64,000 nucleotides of DNA, from the NCBI GenBank assembly GCA_973895155.1, contig OZ316899.1:9298287-9362286 (forward strand), in the 5' to 3' direction. Made by a program: the position numbers and the translations under genes. Positions 48,475 through 61,826 of the stretch are shown here, piece by piece. How positions within the stretch are numbered: position 1 is the stretch's first letter; every line of letters begins with the position of its first letter. Origin of the DNA: Marsupella aquatica (taxonomy: Eukaryota; Plantae; Marchantiophyta). The notes below the pieces were generated by a model. The model had not been told where the DNA came from. It did not search any database and was given only the letters and a program-made list of their open reading frames with translations.

Positions 48475-51400
48475 TGTTGAGAGGTGGAGATAATTCTTAG
48501 GAGAGAAAATGTCAAGTACACCAACAATCAATGTTCATCCACTCATGGGGGTTTACTAATACCTCTCTAGGTATAGATGTAGTGGTAGTTATAGTAACTA
48601 CCTTAATCCCCTAACCAGGGTTGGATGTTGACCTGACCTATGGGTTACAACACTCCCCCTTGGTTGTTTTATCATAGATAATGCAACCACACTAGGGTTA
48701 ACAGCTAACCGTAAATGATAGATTAATGTAGTACATGGTATCCATTGGTGTGGTCTCATTAAAACCCTCATGCTTTCTTCTAAGGGAAAGAGTGCCACCA
48801 CCAATGTTACATTTATAGTCATTTTGTATATGTTTCAAGGGGGGTGGAAATATAGATCTAAAATTTGGTCTTAAATATATTGGTCCCCTATTGGGAGTAA
48901 GTCACATATGAACTCTTAATGTGGGGGAAGTTTGAGGCTTGAAGCATGAAGAGACTTGAATCTTGGGTTTTCATTTCTGGTTGGTCCCACATTCTTCCTT
49001 CACATGGGAGTCTTCATTTGTGTTCTTCATTAGATTTCAAGTTTTCCTTCATTGTGTTTATCATCAGATGTGCATTTTCTGCAACCAACTTGCATACGTT
49101 AGTCTACCATCATTTTTGGTGGTATCCCATTGCCTTCAGTTTCCATTTTGGATCCATATATATGGGAATCATTTTTCCCATGTGATATAAATAGTTGACC
49201 AACATATATACATGTCATGTTCATAAGTAGTACTGGCAAAGCCATGGTGGTGTTAGGGATTTTTACACACTTCCATCAAAGGCTTGCAAATCTCAAGGAG
49301 AATTTCTCTTCTCTTCTCTTCACTTATCTTATTTGTTTTTACAAAGTATTTTTCATGATTGGTCATCATTGGTATTTCATGTGCTCAGAGCACTTGTGCA
49401 GTTCATTTCAAAGCATGTGCTAAAGGCACTTCCTCATTTGATATCATTTGCAAAATAGAGCTCAAATAATCCAATGGATGCGTATGAGGAGGGTGTACTT
49501 CTCTCCGCCTCAAATCTCAAATTCTCATTTGTATGCGCATTCTTCACCCATGATGAGGTGTCATGTTATTATTGGAATTCCAAATTTTAAGTCATGTCTA
49601 AATACCTATATATATATATGAGGGTGGCCCCTATATCGATCCTCCATGGTAAGCTTAACAACTATCCCCACCAGATATAGGGGGTAAACCCTAAACCCTA
49701 AACCTATACTTTGTATTAGTAATTAATATTTCCATTTTGTATTTGAATGCAATACATTATTTTCTCCCCCTCAAATTGAGGTCTAGGGAGTTTTCATTGT
49801 AGTAACTTATGTCAATCAAGCAAACAAATGCTCCTTCCATGTCATTTTTGTTCCTTCTTATACATCTTTCATATTTTGTTCCAAACATTTGCTCTTTTTA
49901 ATAAGTATGTAATTTACACCATTCAAGCAACTTATACTTCAATTGTGTATTGGTACACATTTTACTTCTTGATGTCTGGTATACGTGGAAACCAACTAAT
50001 TGTGTCTTAGCATTCATTTGTTTCTCATCATTGAGGAAAAAGTTAAAAATGCTCTTGTTCATTTTAGGTCATTTTTGTTTACACCTTTTCTATTTCAACT
50101 CATTGAACTGTGAAATAAAGCTTCCAATCTCAAATTTATGAAATGTTACAATTTGATTTATAGGGTAGTGGGGTAGATTTTTGTTTTCCCATTTGATTAG
50201 TGGTTAATTACCAACCATTAATTCATTTTGATGACCCAATTAAGGGCTTAATTATGCAATTGCAATTTTCTTTTTGTAGTGGCAAAATTCTTTGTTATGT
50301 GTTGAAGTGATGGGAAATGACTTTCCTTTGTGATTTTCTCGTGCAGAATTGGGGCAAATGTTGCATTTTTGTCACATAACCGCTTGTTCCTCTCTCATTC
50401 CTTGCGTCAAATGCGGCCTTTGTATTTAATGTGCATTTTTGTATTTGATTTGAAATCTTCTCTCTATTGGTCGGGTCACTTTTTGCTTTTGGAGAAACTG
50501 GTCCTTATTACATCACTACACCACCTTATCCAATTCGATGTTGTTTCTCGTGTTCACTCTATCTTGTGTGTCAGTTTCCTTCTTCAGTCCTTATGTCTCG
50601 TACTTTGAAATCCTGGTAACCAGTTGGGGCACGTATTGAGGGTCCATAGGGGAAAAGACAATCATATAATTATTCTCCTCTAATTTGATGTCCTGTCGAT
50701 GGCTAATAGATTGGTTCTTGAGTGAGCTTGGGCACGGTGGAAGGCTATTGTCCAGTGTTGCATCCACTGGGACCCTTCAACTTTGCAAATCTGTTCCCGG
50801 GCTTTGCTTGTGTCTGATTTCTGGATTGTTATATCTTCTTTGGCAAAAAACTTGGGATGAGCAATGGCAACAACAAGTTCCGCAGGGCTGTCTCTCTCTC
50901 TACTGACCAAAGTATATTCTGCTTCTGGGAGGCAGTAGCGAGTCACATGTGCTGCAGCCCTTCTCAATCAACTTACAATAAAAGAACTCCTCCCTAATTT
51001 TGTTCCCCAATACCTTCACTGTTACTATCGCACTCAAGCCCTTATGCTTCAATCTCAGGTTGTAAGTGCTTCAATCGCCCTGATGGTTGACAGTGAGATT
51101 CAAATCTTGAAGGTAACTTGGAGAGCGTATTTGTGGACCACTGAATCTGTTATAACTGTTATCCATTTGATACTCTACTTTGTGCGGGTCTGTTTAGGGT
51201 CACCCGAGGGATCAATTTGAATTGTGTGGTCCACATATCGTTGATGTCAATGTCACCTTGAAGATTTGGCTGATAGTTCCAAATTTGCATAGCATTGCTT
51301 TGTGTGTCCATCAAAGTCAAGCAAAGGGCATCAAAGGATTTGGTTGGGGGGAAGAATTGTCAATCATCAACGTTCTTTCTCCTCATATTGTCTCTTTGGG

Positions 51401-51909
51401 CACACCCAATCAATTATTCCTTATTTCCTAACTCCTCATCGAGCCAAATTTGAGTTCCAAAATTCATTCTTTGGCTGGCCCTTGTTTGCATTTCCTTGAA
51501 GAAAATTTCCCGATTGTCCATAGCCTTGCAACAATGGGCAACACAACAATGGGCAGTAGACTGGGTAGTAGAATGGGCAATGGGCGGTAGAACAGGCAGC
51601 ACAACAAATCTATTTCTCAACGTATTCCTCCTCCTACCAAGAAATAAATGTGTCAAATCTATGAACATTTAATGTAAATGTGGTCTTTTTCTCAAAGAAA
51701 GTTGCTCGTGGAGAGCTACGTGCTGATAATGTGTTGAGAGGTGGAGATAATTCTTAGGAGAGAAAATGTCCAGTACACCAATAATCAATTTTCATCCACT
51801 CATGCGGGTTTACTAATACCTCCCTAGGTATAGATGTAGTGGTAGTTATAGTAACTACCTTAATCCCCTAACTAGGGTTGGATGTTGACCTAACCTATGG
51901 GTTACAACA
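48475..51909 (-). mobile_element. Non-autonomous Bianca-type LTR element
   Basis: 178-bp LTRs at 48475-48652 and 51732-51909 (about 7 differences), TG..CA ends, TSD CAAAA, reverse PPT CTCCCCCTT at 48653, PBS CATTATCAGCACG at about 51718-51731. No pol. Confidence 0.92.
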
Positions 51910-53943
51910 CAAAAGCAATTCTTCAGTTTCTCCATAAAGCGATTCTCCCATGGAAACTATAACTCTTTGCTTTTCTTCAAAACTTTCCTTTAAGAATCCA
52001 GGTAGGGTAAAAAGAATGGTTATTGCTTTGAATTATTTCCAAGAAGTGTCCAAAAGTAAAAAAGTTTATCAGTTTAACCACATATCTCCATATTGCCATT
52101 CCACAGGCTGAGGCTTCATCTAGTAGTTGGGTTGCCTCAACCCGATACTGCTCTATCTTCTTTGTGGCTTTGACCTGGGTATGACCTACCACTGCAACAA
52201 GGTCTTGGCTGAAGAAGTAAGCCACCTTGCGGGCCATAAACTCCCCTAAGTCTTGACCAACTTGCAAGGAGAAGTCATTGAGTAACCCATTCCAAAATGT
52301 ACCCAAACCAAAGAATTCTGGGTTCACCAAACTATGCCCACCAGTGTTCAGACATGGCCCTACCTCTACTTGGTTGGGGACGGGGGTGGATAAGTCTAGC
52401 AATGGGGCAATGTGGACAGGGAGCGGTGGTTTTGTTGAGGAAGAGGGACCGGCCGGGACCGGTGTGGGGGATATTGGGGTCTCCTCCTTGACGGGGTTGT
52501 CAGGCATGGAATCAGCTACCAGGGGGCTGTCCGGGATGGTTGCCCAAGCCTGGTTTTGCACCTCCAAGGCTGCAATAATCGTAGTGTCTGACAAGGAAGG
52601 GGAACCTCATCAGTCGGCTTCAAGGTCGGAGCAGGGGTGGGGGCTGCAGGTGCTGCCTAGAGTTTGGCCTTTGGGTTGGGTTGTTTCTCCAGAGTCGGGA
52701 AAACCCATAGGGATTGCATGATCTTGGGCTTGTTGCATTGGGGAAGCGTCCAACAATCAAAATTAGCGTACCACTCCATGATATGATTTTGATGTGGCTG
52801 GCTAGGTACGCCTTTCCCCCAATGAACAAGGTCTTTCTTTTGCCGCTCCATCTCCTTGTGGGACTTCTTAACAAAGAAAGAGGCCCACTTCCTAGGCCGG
52901 TAATTCTTTATCTGAATTACATGTGCAGCGGATATCTCTCCCTGTGGCTAGTGGTGGACCTTGCCACCTAGTGCCCTCACCAATCCCAGCACCCATGCCT
53001 AAGTGCCCTTGGTGCCCAAATGCCTCCACGGAACTCCTTGAGCAAGCAACCTAATGCCCTTAGCACCACCTGCGACCCCTCCCATACAAAGCTGCACTTG
53101 CTCCCTAACACAACCATCGCTCAAAGATCCTCATTGTTTGCAAAAAAAACCAAGCACTCCGGTAAGTAACCCCAAAATGATCTAGAACGCGGCTTAGTTG
53201 CTATTTTGGCTGGATTTGGCAAGAAGGCGAGATAGCCCTCGCAAACCCAAGAATATATGGCACCCCTAAACCCAGGTGATCTTAGGAGGATGTATTCCTC
53301 CTTGAGATCTTTCCAATGCATCTAAGAAGTACTCCAATCAACTTCTCATTGGGAAGTTATCACCGTTTCTGTTTGGCGTTTTCCCTTAGTGTCGTGGTCA
53401 CTGCGGCCCACGACTTTGGCTTGCCCTTAGCCCTCAAGGAGACACCACTCCCCTCATATATGATTCTAGAGACCTTCCACCCCTAGACCTACTTTGGTCC
53501 CTAAATTTTGGCCCCCCACCTGGACCCCAACCCGCATGTTTGGGCACGCCACCAACTGACAATGCCCATAACTTTCTAGTTAGGCGTCCGCAAGCAGAGT
53601 GCCTTAGCCCATTGTGATTGGGCCGACCCAGTGCTCATGCCTAGGCTCTCAAATCCCATTGTTGCTTGGGGCCCCAAAGCGGCCAAACCTGGGTCGGGCC
53701 GTAACTCGTGCCCCAAGTGTCTGTTGTGCATGAAGTAAACTCTAATTAGCTTTGGGCCCAAGAGGAGCTCTCACTCAAGCCCTCATAACTCAAAATCCAT
53801 CCAGGGGTCTAGACAATTGACCTTGAGTCCGGCCCTTTCCCATTACCCAACCAGCCCTCAACTAGTCTAAGTCATTAGTGTGTGTCACCAGCTTAGCGCC
53901 TTGCCTTTGCTAGTGCAACGCCCCATTGCCCACAAGTCTCCCC

Positions 53944-55713
53944 TGTAATATAGTACATTAGTTAGAAATGATAGAAAAATTATAAATTTTGAATTTTTTC
54001 TAAGTCAAAGGTGCAATATAGCTACCTTTTGTAACCATTTAGATCGACTGGACACTTTACCTAATACCATGCTACACCGAAGACTACTTCCTGTTCTGGA
54101 CAACGACAACGACAACGGAAGTCTTTATCTTTCTATCGGCATCACACTCAAGACATGGATGAAATTCAAGAAGCTATGCAAGAGAATACCTACACAAGAG
54201 TTCAGCAACCAGACCAAACAACACTTCTCCAACAAGATTAGTTCTCCCACGACAATAGTTAAGATCAGTCGATCTCTGCAATTTTAGTTAAATAGTTAAA
54301 GTAGTTAGAAAAGTCTCATACTTTTTTAGGAGATATCTCTTATGTAGCAGACCATACCTTGAAAGTATCGGCCAAAACCGATATGTCGTTTAGAAGTTAT
54401 GGCATTTTTAGTTTTGCTTGAGCGTAAAAGCGCAAAGGCGCAACGGCGCTAGTGCTCCAAAGCGCAAAGGCGCAACGGCGCCTCCAACACTTAGAAAAAT
54501 TTCCGGAAAATGTATTTTGTTTATCCGACAGCACTTTTATTAAGGCACTTAGACACCTCAAAAAAGTCTAAAATTTTGCCAACATGTAGCATGTATATAA
54601 ATCTTCCACCTAGGAAAGTTTCACCCCATTTTGACTTTTATGTTAGAAATTTAAATTCCGATAAATTCACTATTTATTAGTTTTACCACAAAAGTGCAAA
54701 AACACTTTTACTCCAGTTTACACTAGAGATAACTTTTAGTTAGTTGTTGATTCCAGGAGCATTCTACTCAACCTTGAGTACTCTTATAGCATATTTTCAT
54801 ACTTTTTACTTTAGTTTATGACCCTTAAGATATGAAAGGGCATGTCCTTTCATTATCTCTTTTCCCCTTTAGTTCCTACCACCCTATATGTAGTTGAATT
54901 TATGTCACTTTTAGTGTGAAGAAATTTCATGAGCGCTCAGTTGCAAGATTGCAACTTTGTTACCTCCATTTGTAGCAAGCACTCCATTGCATATGAGTAC
55001 TTAATACAAAAGAATTCTTCCCCCTTCAAGTCTAAATGAATGAGAAGTTTGGACCCTTGAAATAAAATTATTGTGATTGTTAAATCTTTTGAGTATGTGG
55101 AAATAGATTCCTTGTTGGTGATGTTTCACATATTCCTTAGTTCTTGATGCATAGTTTTTGACGTGACATTGCTTGTGCACGGGATGCAAAGATTGTTACT
55201 CATCAATTATTTATGGCTTCAAATTTGATTATGATGGTGTCTCTTATTTGTGACACAAAGTACCAATTGGATACAGAAGTGATTGATTACTAGTCTCCAC
55301 TCAGTACCTTGGAAGGAAAAGTTGAGACATGTTGACGGCATTTTAGTAATCATCCTAGTATCGTAATCCTTTCCAGAAATGTTCTTACGGATATACCACC
55401 TAAATCATATCAAATGAAGTTATGTTGAGGAGTCACCTTGGTTGTTTCCTAACTCCCTCACCATACCTCAAGATTTTCATTGTGTTTTATTAATTGTTTC
55501 CATTTGTTAATTTTATTTACAATGTCAAGCAGACATTTAAAACTATGCCTTGCTGAGCAACCATAGTAAAAGGCTCAACCTTTGTGTTTTTGTTACCTTA
55601 TTCATTCATAAGTGCTAAATCATAGAAAATCATTCCTTACATGTTCTTCCATGGGAACGAATACCGAGTTTTGGATCTTAAATGTTTATTTATGTCCCTA
55701 GTGTGATACTACA
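53944..55713. repeat. Solo LTR (about 1.77 kb)
   Basis: TGTAAT...ACTACA termini with 5-bp TSD TCCCC. The flanks rejoin to match 32715-32750. Internal AAAGCGCAAAGGCGCAACGGCGC duplication at about 54427-54481. Confidence 0.9.
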
Positions 55714-55920
55714 TCCCCATGCTAAGTCCTCCCTGGATGACTATTTGGGGCTTGGACCAAAGGGGAGCTCGGCGTCAAAGTCCATGACGCTGGAGCTAAG
55801 TTTTAAGGTAGTTGAGTTCCGCAACTTTCACCCCCCCTAAAAATGGTCATGTCTGCGTGACTTAAGTAAACGTTCCAATGAACACGACTATACCACTTTA
55901 GGTCTGAAAAGTATTGTAAG

Positions 55921-58900
55921 TGTTATAGCATTTAGATTACACTCTAAGTGACCATTACATTACACCCTAAGTAACCCTTAGAGGTTAGGACAGTTATCCA
56001 ACTGCCCCTCAATGTAACCATATGTATTTACACTCCTAATAGAAGAAGGATGGATGTTGATGAACACATCAAGTGAAACACGTTATCAGCACGAGCTGAT
56101 GGATGGGACAAATGTTTTTTAGGCAGAGGACGATGGTGCGAAGTTGAATTTCAGAAGAACTATTCATAAATTTAATTTTTTTTCTCTCCCTCGATTGGAG
56201 CTGATGTCCAAATTTGAACTCAGTGAGCTTATCTTCGGACCGGAACGATACTATCTCCATAGCCAAACAACGATTGCATTATCAAAGAACCTGATTACAA
56301 GCCAACATCGAAGCATAGAGTTGCAACGACCAATCATGGAAAATTTACATTTTAAGGCTCTAGCGATCAATGGCGCAAATTACTTGTCTTGGTCTTTAGA
56401 TGTGGAGGCACATCTAGCATCCAAAAACCTACAGGACACAATCTTAACTGATGCAGGTACTACATTGCAACAGAAGGCACAGGCCTTGATCCTTATCAGA
56501 CACCATCTCGCTGAGCCACTTAAGACTCAATATCTAAATCATTACAACCCAAGGGTCCTATGGGACAAACTACAATTACAATTCAATCACATGCGGACGA
56601 TATCACTTCCGACTGCCCGCAACGATTGGATAAATCTGCGAGTACAAGATTACAGCACAATTGCAAGTTACAACAACGAACTATTTCACATTACCTCCCA
56701 ATTAGCAGTCTGCAGAAATCCAGTCGACAATGCGGAGCAAATCAAAAAGACTCTTTCCACTTTTCATGTAACTAACATAGTTCTTGCCTCTCAATATCGA
56801 AACATTAATTTCACGAGATATTCTCAATTGATATCTCATATGCTCCTTACTGAGAAGCATCAAATCCTGCTGCTCCATAATGCAAAGACAAGACCACCAG
56901 GAAGTGCGGCACCTCCACCAAGATTGGAAACTCACCTTATCAAATCCTCCCCAAGATTCAGGGGACGAGGATGTGGAGGTTTCAGGGGGACCAGAGGACT
57001 CCCATTTGGAAGAGGACGTTACCAAGGATACAAAGGCAGTGGAGGAGGCCCACCGGAATTCCAAGAACCCCCCCCCCCCCGGGCACCACTTGGAATAGAA
57101 GAGGAGGTCGCAGATGGAATCGAGGTAGAGGCTACACAACACAACCAGGAGATAAGTCCACTACACCTTCTTGTTTCCGATGTGGTACGACAGGACATCT
57201 ACAAAAAGAATGTAGAGCTCCTGTACACTTAGTTAAGCTCTATAAAGAAATTATTAACAGGCAAACATATGAGGCACAAGGAAATTTTATGGAGATCCAA
57301 GAGAATATAAATGCCTATACACAAGATGTAGTCCTTCCCGAAACACAGGTTGCTCACCTTGATGCACAGTCCCAAGATCAACCAGATCCTTCTAATTGCA
57401 TAGTAGACAATGGGACCTCCCACTCTATACTAAGAAACCGACACTTCTTTCGAACAGTTACTGCATCCAAAAGAGCTATAACTACGATCACAGGCCAGAA
57501 CCATATTGAGGAAGGGAATGGTCCTGCATCTGTTTGTTTCCCTTGAGGCATAGTAATCAATATAGCCTCGGCAATCTATGCACCCAAGGCCACAAGAAAC
57601 TTGATCAGTTTCCGAGATATACGAGCTAACAATTTCCACATACACACAAGCAAGACAACTGAGGGAGAAGTCCTACACATCATTGAAAAATCTCCACTCT
57701 GAATGAAAATTTGTGAAACATTGCCTATCCACCCTCCCGGTTTATACATTACCACTATACACACATTACATGCCAAAATAGTCCCACTAGACCTTACAGA
57801 GCAATGGCATAATTGTTTAGGCCATCCAGGTACAAATATGTACCATAATATAATTTGAGATATAATAGGCATACCATTGGGAGTACGTCCTTCATTCTTG
57901 AAGAGTCAATGTCTTGCGTGTTCACAAGGAAAGTTGATCACAAGATTGGCCACCTTGAAAACAATCCACTCCATCCCTAGATTTCTTGAACAAATTCACG
58001 CTGATGTCTGTGGTTCGATTGACCCGCCATCTGGTCCATTCCGGTTCTTCCTGGCCATTATTGATGCTTCATCAAAATGGTCCCAGGTTTCCCTGCTCTC
58101 AACCCGGAACTTGGTTTTCCGGCGGATCTTATCACATATGCTGAAGTTGAAGATGCAATTTCCTGATCATCCAATCAGAACACTTAGGGTTGATAATGCA
58201 GGGGAGTTCACATCGAGAACTTTCGATGACTTTTGTGACACTACCGGAATTGAGACGCAATATTCAGTACCGTATGTTCATTTTCAAAATGGCATAGCAG
58301 AATCCCTAATCAAACAACTGCAGATGATTGCTAGGCCACTCCTTATGCAAACATAGCTCCCTTCCACTGCATGGGGACACGCCATACTACATGCAGCTGC
58401 ACTCCTCCGATATAGACCTTCTGCTTTTAACACACATACTCCACATTACCTAGCATTTGGTTTACCACCAAATGTTTCCCACTTACGGACCTTTGGTTGT
58501 TTAGTCCTTGTACCCATCTTGGGCCGAAAATGGTCAAAGATGGGCCCTTAGCGACAACGAGGGATTTACGTTGGCTTCGACTCACCCTCCATTATTTGTT
58601 TTCTGGAGCCATCAACAACGGATGTGTTTAAAGCAAGATTCCTTGACTGTAATTTTTTTGAAGATGAATTTCCGAGACTGACACAGACACCAGAAGAGAA
58701 TAGCCGCAAACAACTCCTACAATGGCAGACTGTTCTACCAGTGGGACTTGATCCATGTAACAGACAAGCAGATGAAGAAGTAAGACGAATACTACACCTC
58801 CATCAGATGCTTGAAAAGCTCCCAGACGCTTTTAATGATGCAGCTGAAGTAACCCGCTCCCATACAGAGGCAGCCAATGCCCCAGCCATAATACTCGCAC

Positions 58901-61473
58901 CCAGCCAACTGGCCACAAGCTGCTTCGAGAGCAAAACAAGGTCAACCATTTGGCTCTAGGGACAGCCAACCTCACCAGAGAAGACCATCAGCTAACCCAC
59001 TGAATGTGCAACCTCCACCGGTACCATCTACCCTCTCTCACACTCAGCCAGAAGAAAATCAAGAAATATCCATAAATTATATGCATACTGGCAGAATATG
59101 GCATAGAAAGGATACAATTGTAGATGATATATTTGCATTCAATATATCTCAGGACATCACAAATGACACCCCGGATCCCCTGTCAGTCCAAGAGGCACAG
59201 CAGCGACCAGATTGGCCTCAGTGGCAGATAGCCCTTAATTCTGAATTGGACTCATTAATTCAGCGAGAAGTCTTTGGTCCGGTCATTCCTGCCCCTTTAC
59301 ACACATCACTTATAGGATATAGATTCATTTCACAAGGAAAAGAAATGCTCAAGGAGAGATAATTAGGTACAAAGCACGATTGGTTGCTAAAGGTTATACG
59401 CAAATCCCATGACGTGACTTTGACCTTACTTACTCACCCGTGATGGATTTGATAATGTACCAATATATCATAGCGTTTGCACTTACTCATAAACTGATGC
59501 TGAATGTATTAAATGTAATAACAGCCTATCTTTATGGCATGTTAGACACTACAATATACATGAAAGCTCCTCCTGAGTTAATTAAGAGAATGGCATTTCG
59601 AATTTAGGGGGAGAGCAAGAATAACATCAACCCTGATCTACAATCAGGGCTAACAAAGAAAACTCCTACAGAGTACCTGCTAAAGAATGCAAATCAAAAC
59701 GAACCTTCTGTTCTTCATGAATCAAAAGTACTGAATGCACCCCAGGAGAGAAGTCGACTTCCAAGCAACTCTCAATCTGCTATACAGACAAAACAGCTGC
59801 AGTCCAAGTACTGCGATCCCTATATGGACTCAAACAGAGTGGCCAAAATTGGTATAAGAGATTCAAGGCAGAGATGTTAGCTCTGAACTTTGTCAATAAC
59901 AACATTGCTCCCTGTCTATTTCTTAAACAAAATGACACAAACTACATAATCATTGCTATTTATGTAGACGATATTAACATCTTTGGTACACCTACAATAG
60001 TTAAAGAAACAATGGCAACATTGAAAACAACATTTCAAATGCGGGATTTGGGAGAACCCAAATACTGTCTTGGACTTCAATTTGACTATGTGCAGGGCAA
60101 AATCCTTATCAATCAAGCCACCTAGGCAAGGAAGATAGTAAAGCAGTTCAATATGGATAAAGCTCACCCAGTGAGCACTCCAATGGAAGTGAGATCTTTG
60201 GACCTGCCAAAGACACATTCAAGAAGCGCACAGAAGTAGAGCAGATACTTGGATCAGAAAAGCCCTATCTCTCAGCAATTGAAGCGCTAATGTACTTAGC
60301 GAATCAGACACGCCCTGACATTTCATTTGCTATCAACCTTCTTGCACGTCATAGCTCACAGCCAATGATAAGACACTGGAATGGCATAAAGCAATTTTTT
60401 TGTTACCTACAGGGAACACTCGACTTGGGATTGTTCTTCCCCAACAAAGCCATTCCCGAACTAACTGGATTTGCTGACGTTGGCTATCTTTCTAACCTTG
60501 ATGATGCCAAATCGCAGACAAGATATATATTTCTTCAAGGAAGCACTGCTTTATCCATCGAGCTCCAAACAGACACTCACGACTACGTCCTCCAATCACG
60601 CAGAAATAATTGCCCTCTATGAAGCAAGTTGCGAATGTATCTGGCTTAGGCAGCTCATTGATCACATAAACAAACATACAGGTCGTCCACTTCTTAACGC
60701 ACCCACGATCATCTATGAAGACAATCGACCGTGTGTCGATCAAATCACACAAGGCTTTATCAAAGGCAATAGGATAAAGCACATTGCCCCCCCCCAAAAA
60801 AAATTATACACATGAACAGCATGGCAATCAGATCCAAGTTCGATGGATTGCCAGCAAAGACAATCGCGCAGACCTATTCACTAAGCCGCTTCCACCTTCA
60901 GTTCACCACAAACACACATATGGTATCGGGATGCGGCGACTATCCACTTTCCTACAAACACACAACTAAAATCTTACAAGAAAACCCACATTCAAAATGA
61001 GCAATTACGACACACTCCGGAAAACTCCACTCGATATTGCTCACCTTAAACTACTCAGATTGCTTACCCTAAAAATACATTATGCGAAATCTGTTAATAC
61101 ACGCATAATTAACATGCTCTTAGGACTTATTATTTGCATTATACTACCTACAACATGACCCTATGACATGTAAAGTAGTGGTACTCTTTCTTTCGGAAGA
61201 AAGCAGGAAGGTTTAAGGAGGCCATACTACTTATAGGGATCATATTAGCACTTAGAGTTAGAATCTAATTAGAGTGGTTCTTGTTTGACCATATCAAAGA
61301 ACCAAAGGGGAGTGTTATAACATTTAGATTACACTCTAAGTGACCATTACATTACACCCTAAGTAACCCTTAGAGGTTAGGACAGTTATCCAACTGCCCC
61401 TCAATGTAACCCATATATATTTACACTCCTAATAGAAGAGGGATGGATGTTGATGAACACATCGAGTGAAACA
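55921..61473 (+). mobile_element. Full-length Ty1/copia, Bianca-like
   Basis: LTRs 55921-56080 and 61313-61473 (4 transitions, 1 indel), TSD GTAAG, PBS CGTTATCAGCACGA 56081-56094, PPT AAAGGGGAG 61304-61312. Confidence 0.97.
56336..60969 (+). pseudogene. Gag-pol polyprotein of Bianca copia, many stops/frameshifts
   Basis: NGANYLSWSLDVEAHL, CFRCGTTGHLQKEC, IVDNGTSH, FLEQIHADVCG, RVDNAGEF, SLYGLKQSG, YVDDINI, NRADLFTKPL. Confidence 0.95.
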
Positions 61474-61826
61474 GTAAGGTAAAAAATGGTTTGCCCATAA
61501 GGCCGATGGAAACCAGGTTGGTGTGCGCATTCCAAACTTAGGAAATTTCAACTGGTCCCACTTATCCAAGTAGGATGCCAATCCGAGCGGGCAAGCCAAC
61601 TCCAAAGCTCGCCGGACCCAAGTTCTCTCCTTGGGGTACTACCTCTTTAGTTTGAACTAACCAGCCCTCAAATGTGAGGCAAGCACCTCCAACTTCCACT
61701 CGCAAAAATCAAATCAGCCGCCCAACAACCTCTAGTGCCCACGCAATCCAACTTTATCCTTAAGAGGCCGAGAGGAGTGAAACTCGGATACAACTCACAA
61801 AGGTAGCCATGACTGCATGTACCAGG

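Noticed and set aside
49685-49703. Interstitial telomere
   Set aside because: Fewer than three AAACCCT units; telobox-like at most.
61173-61232. Hammerhead ribozyme
   Set aside because: A three-way junction is present but there is no CUGANGA core on either strand.
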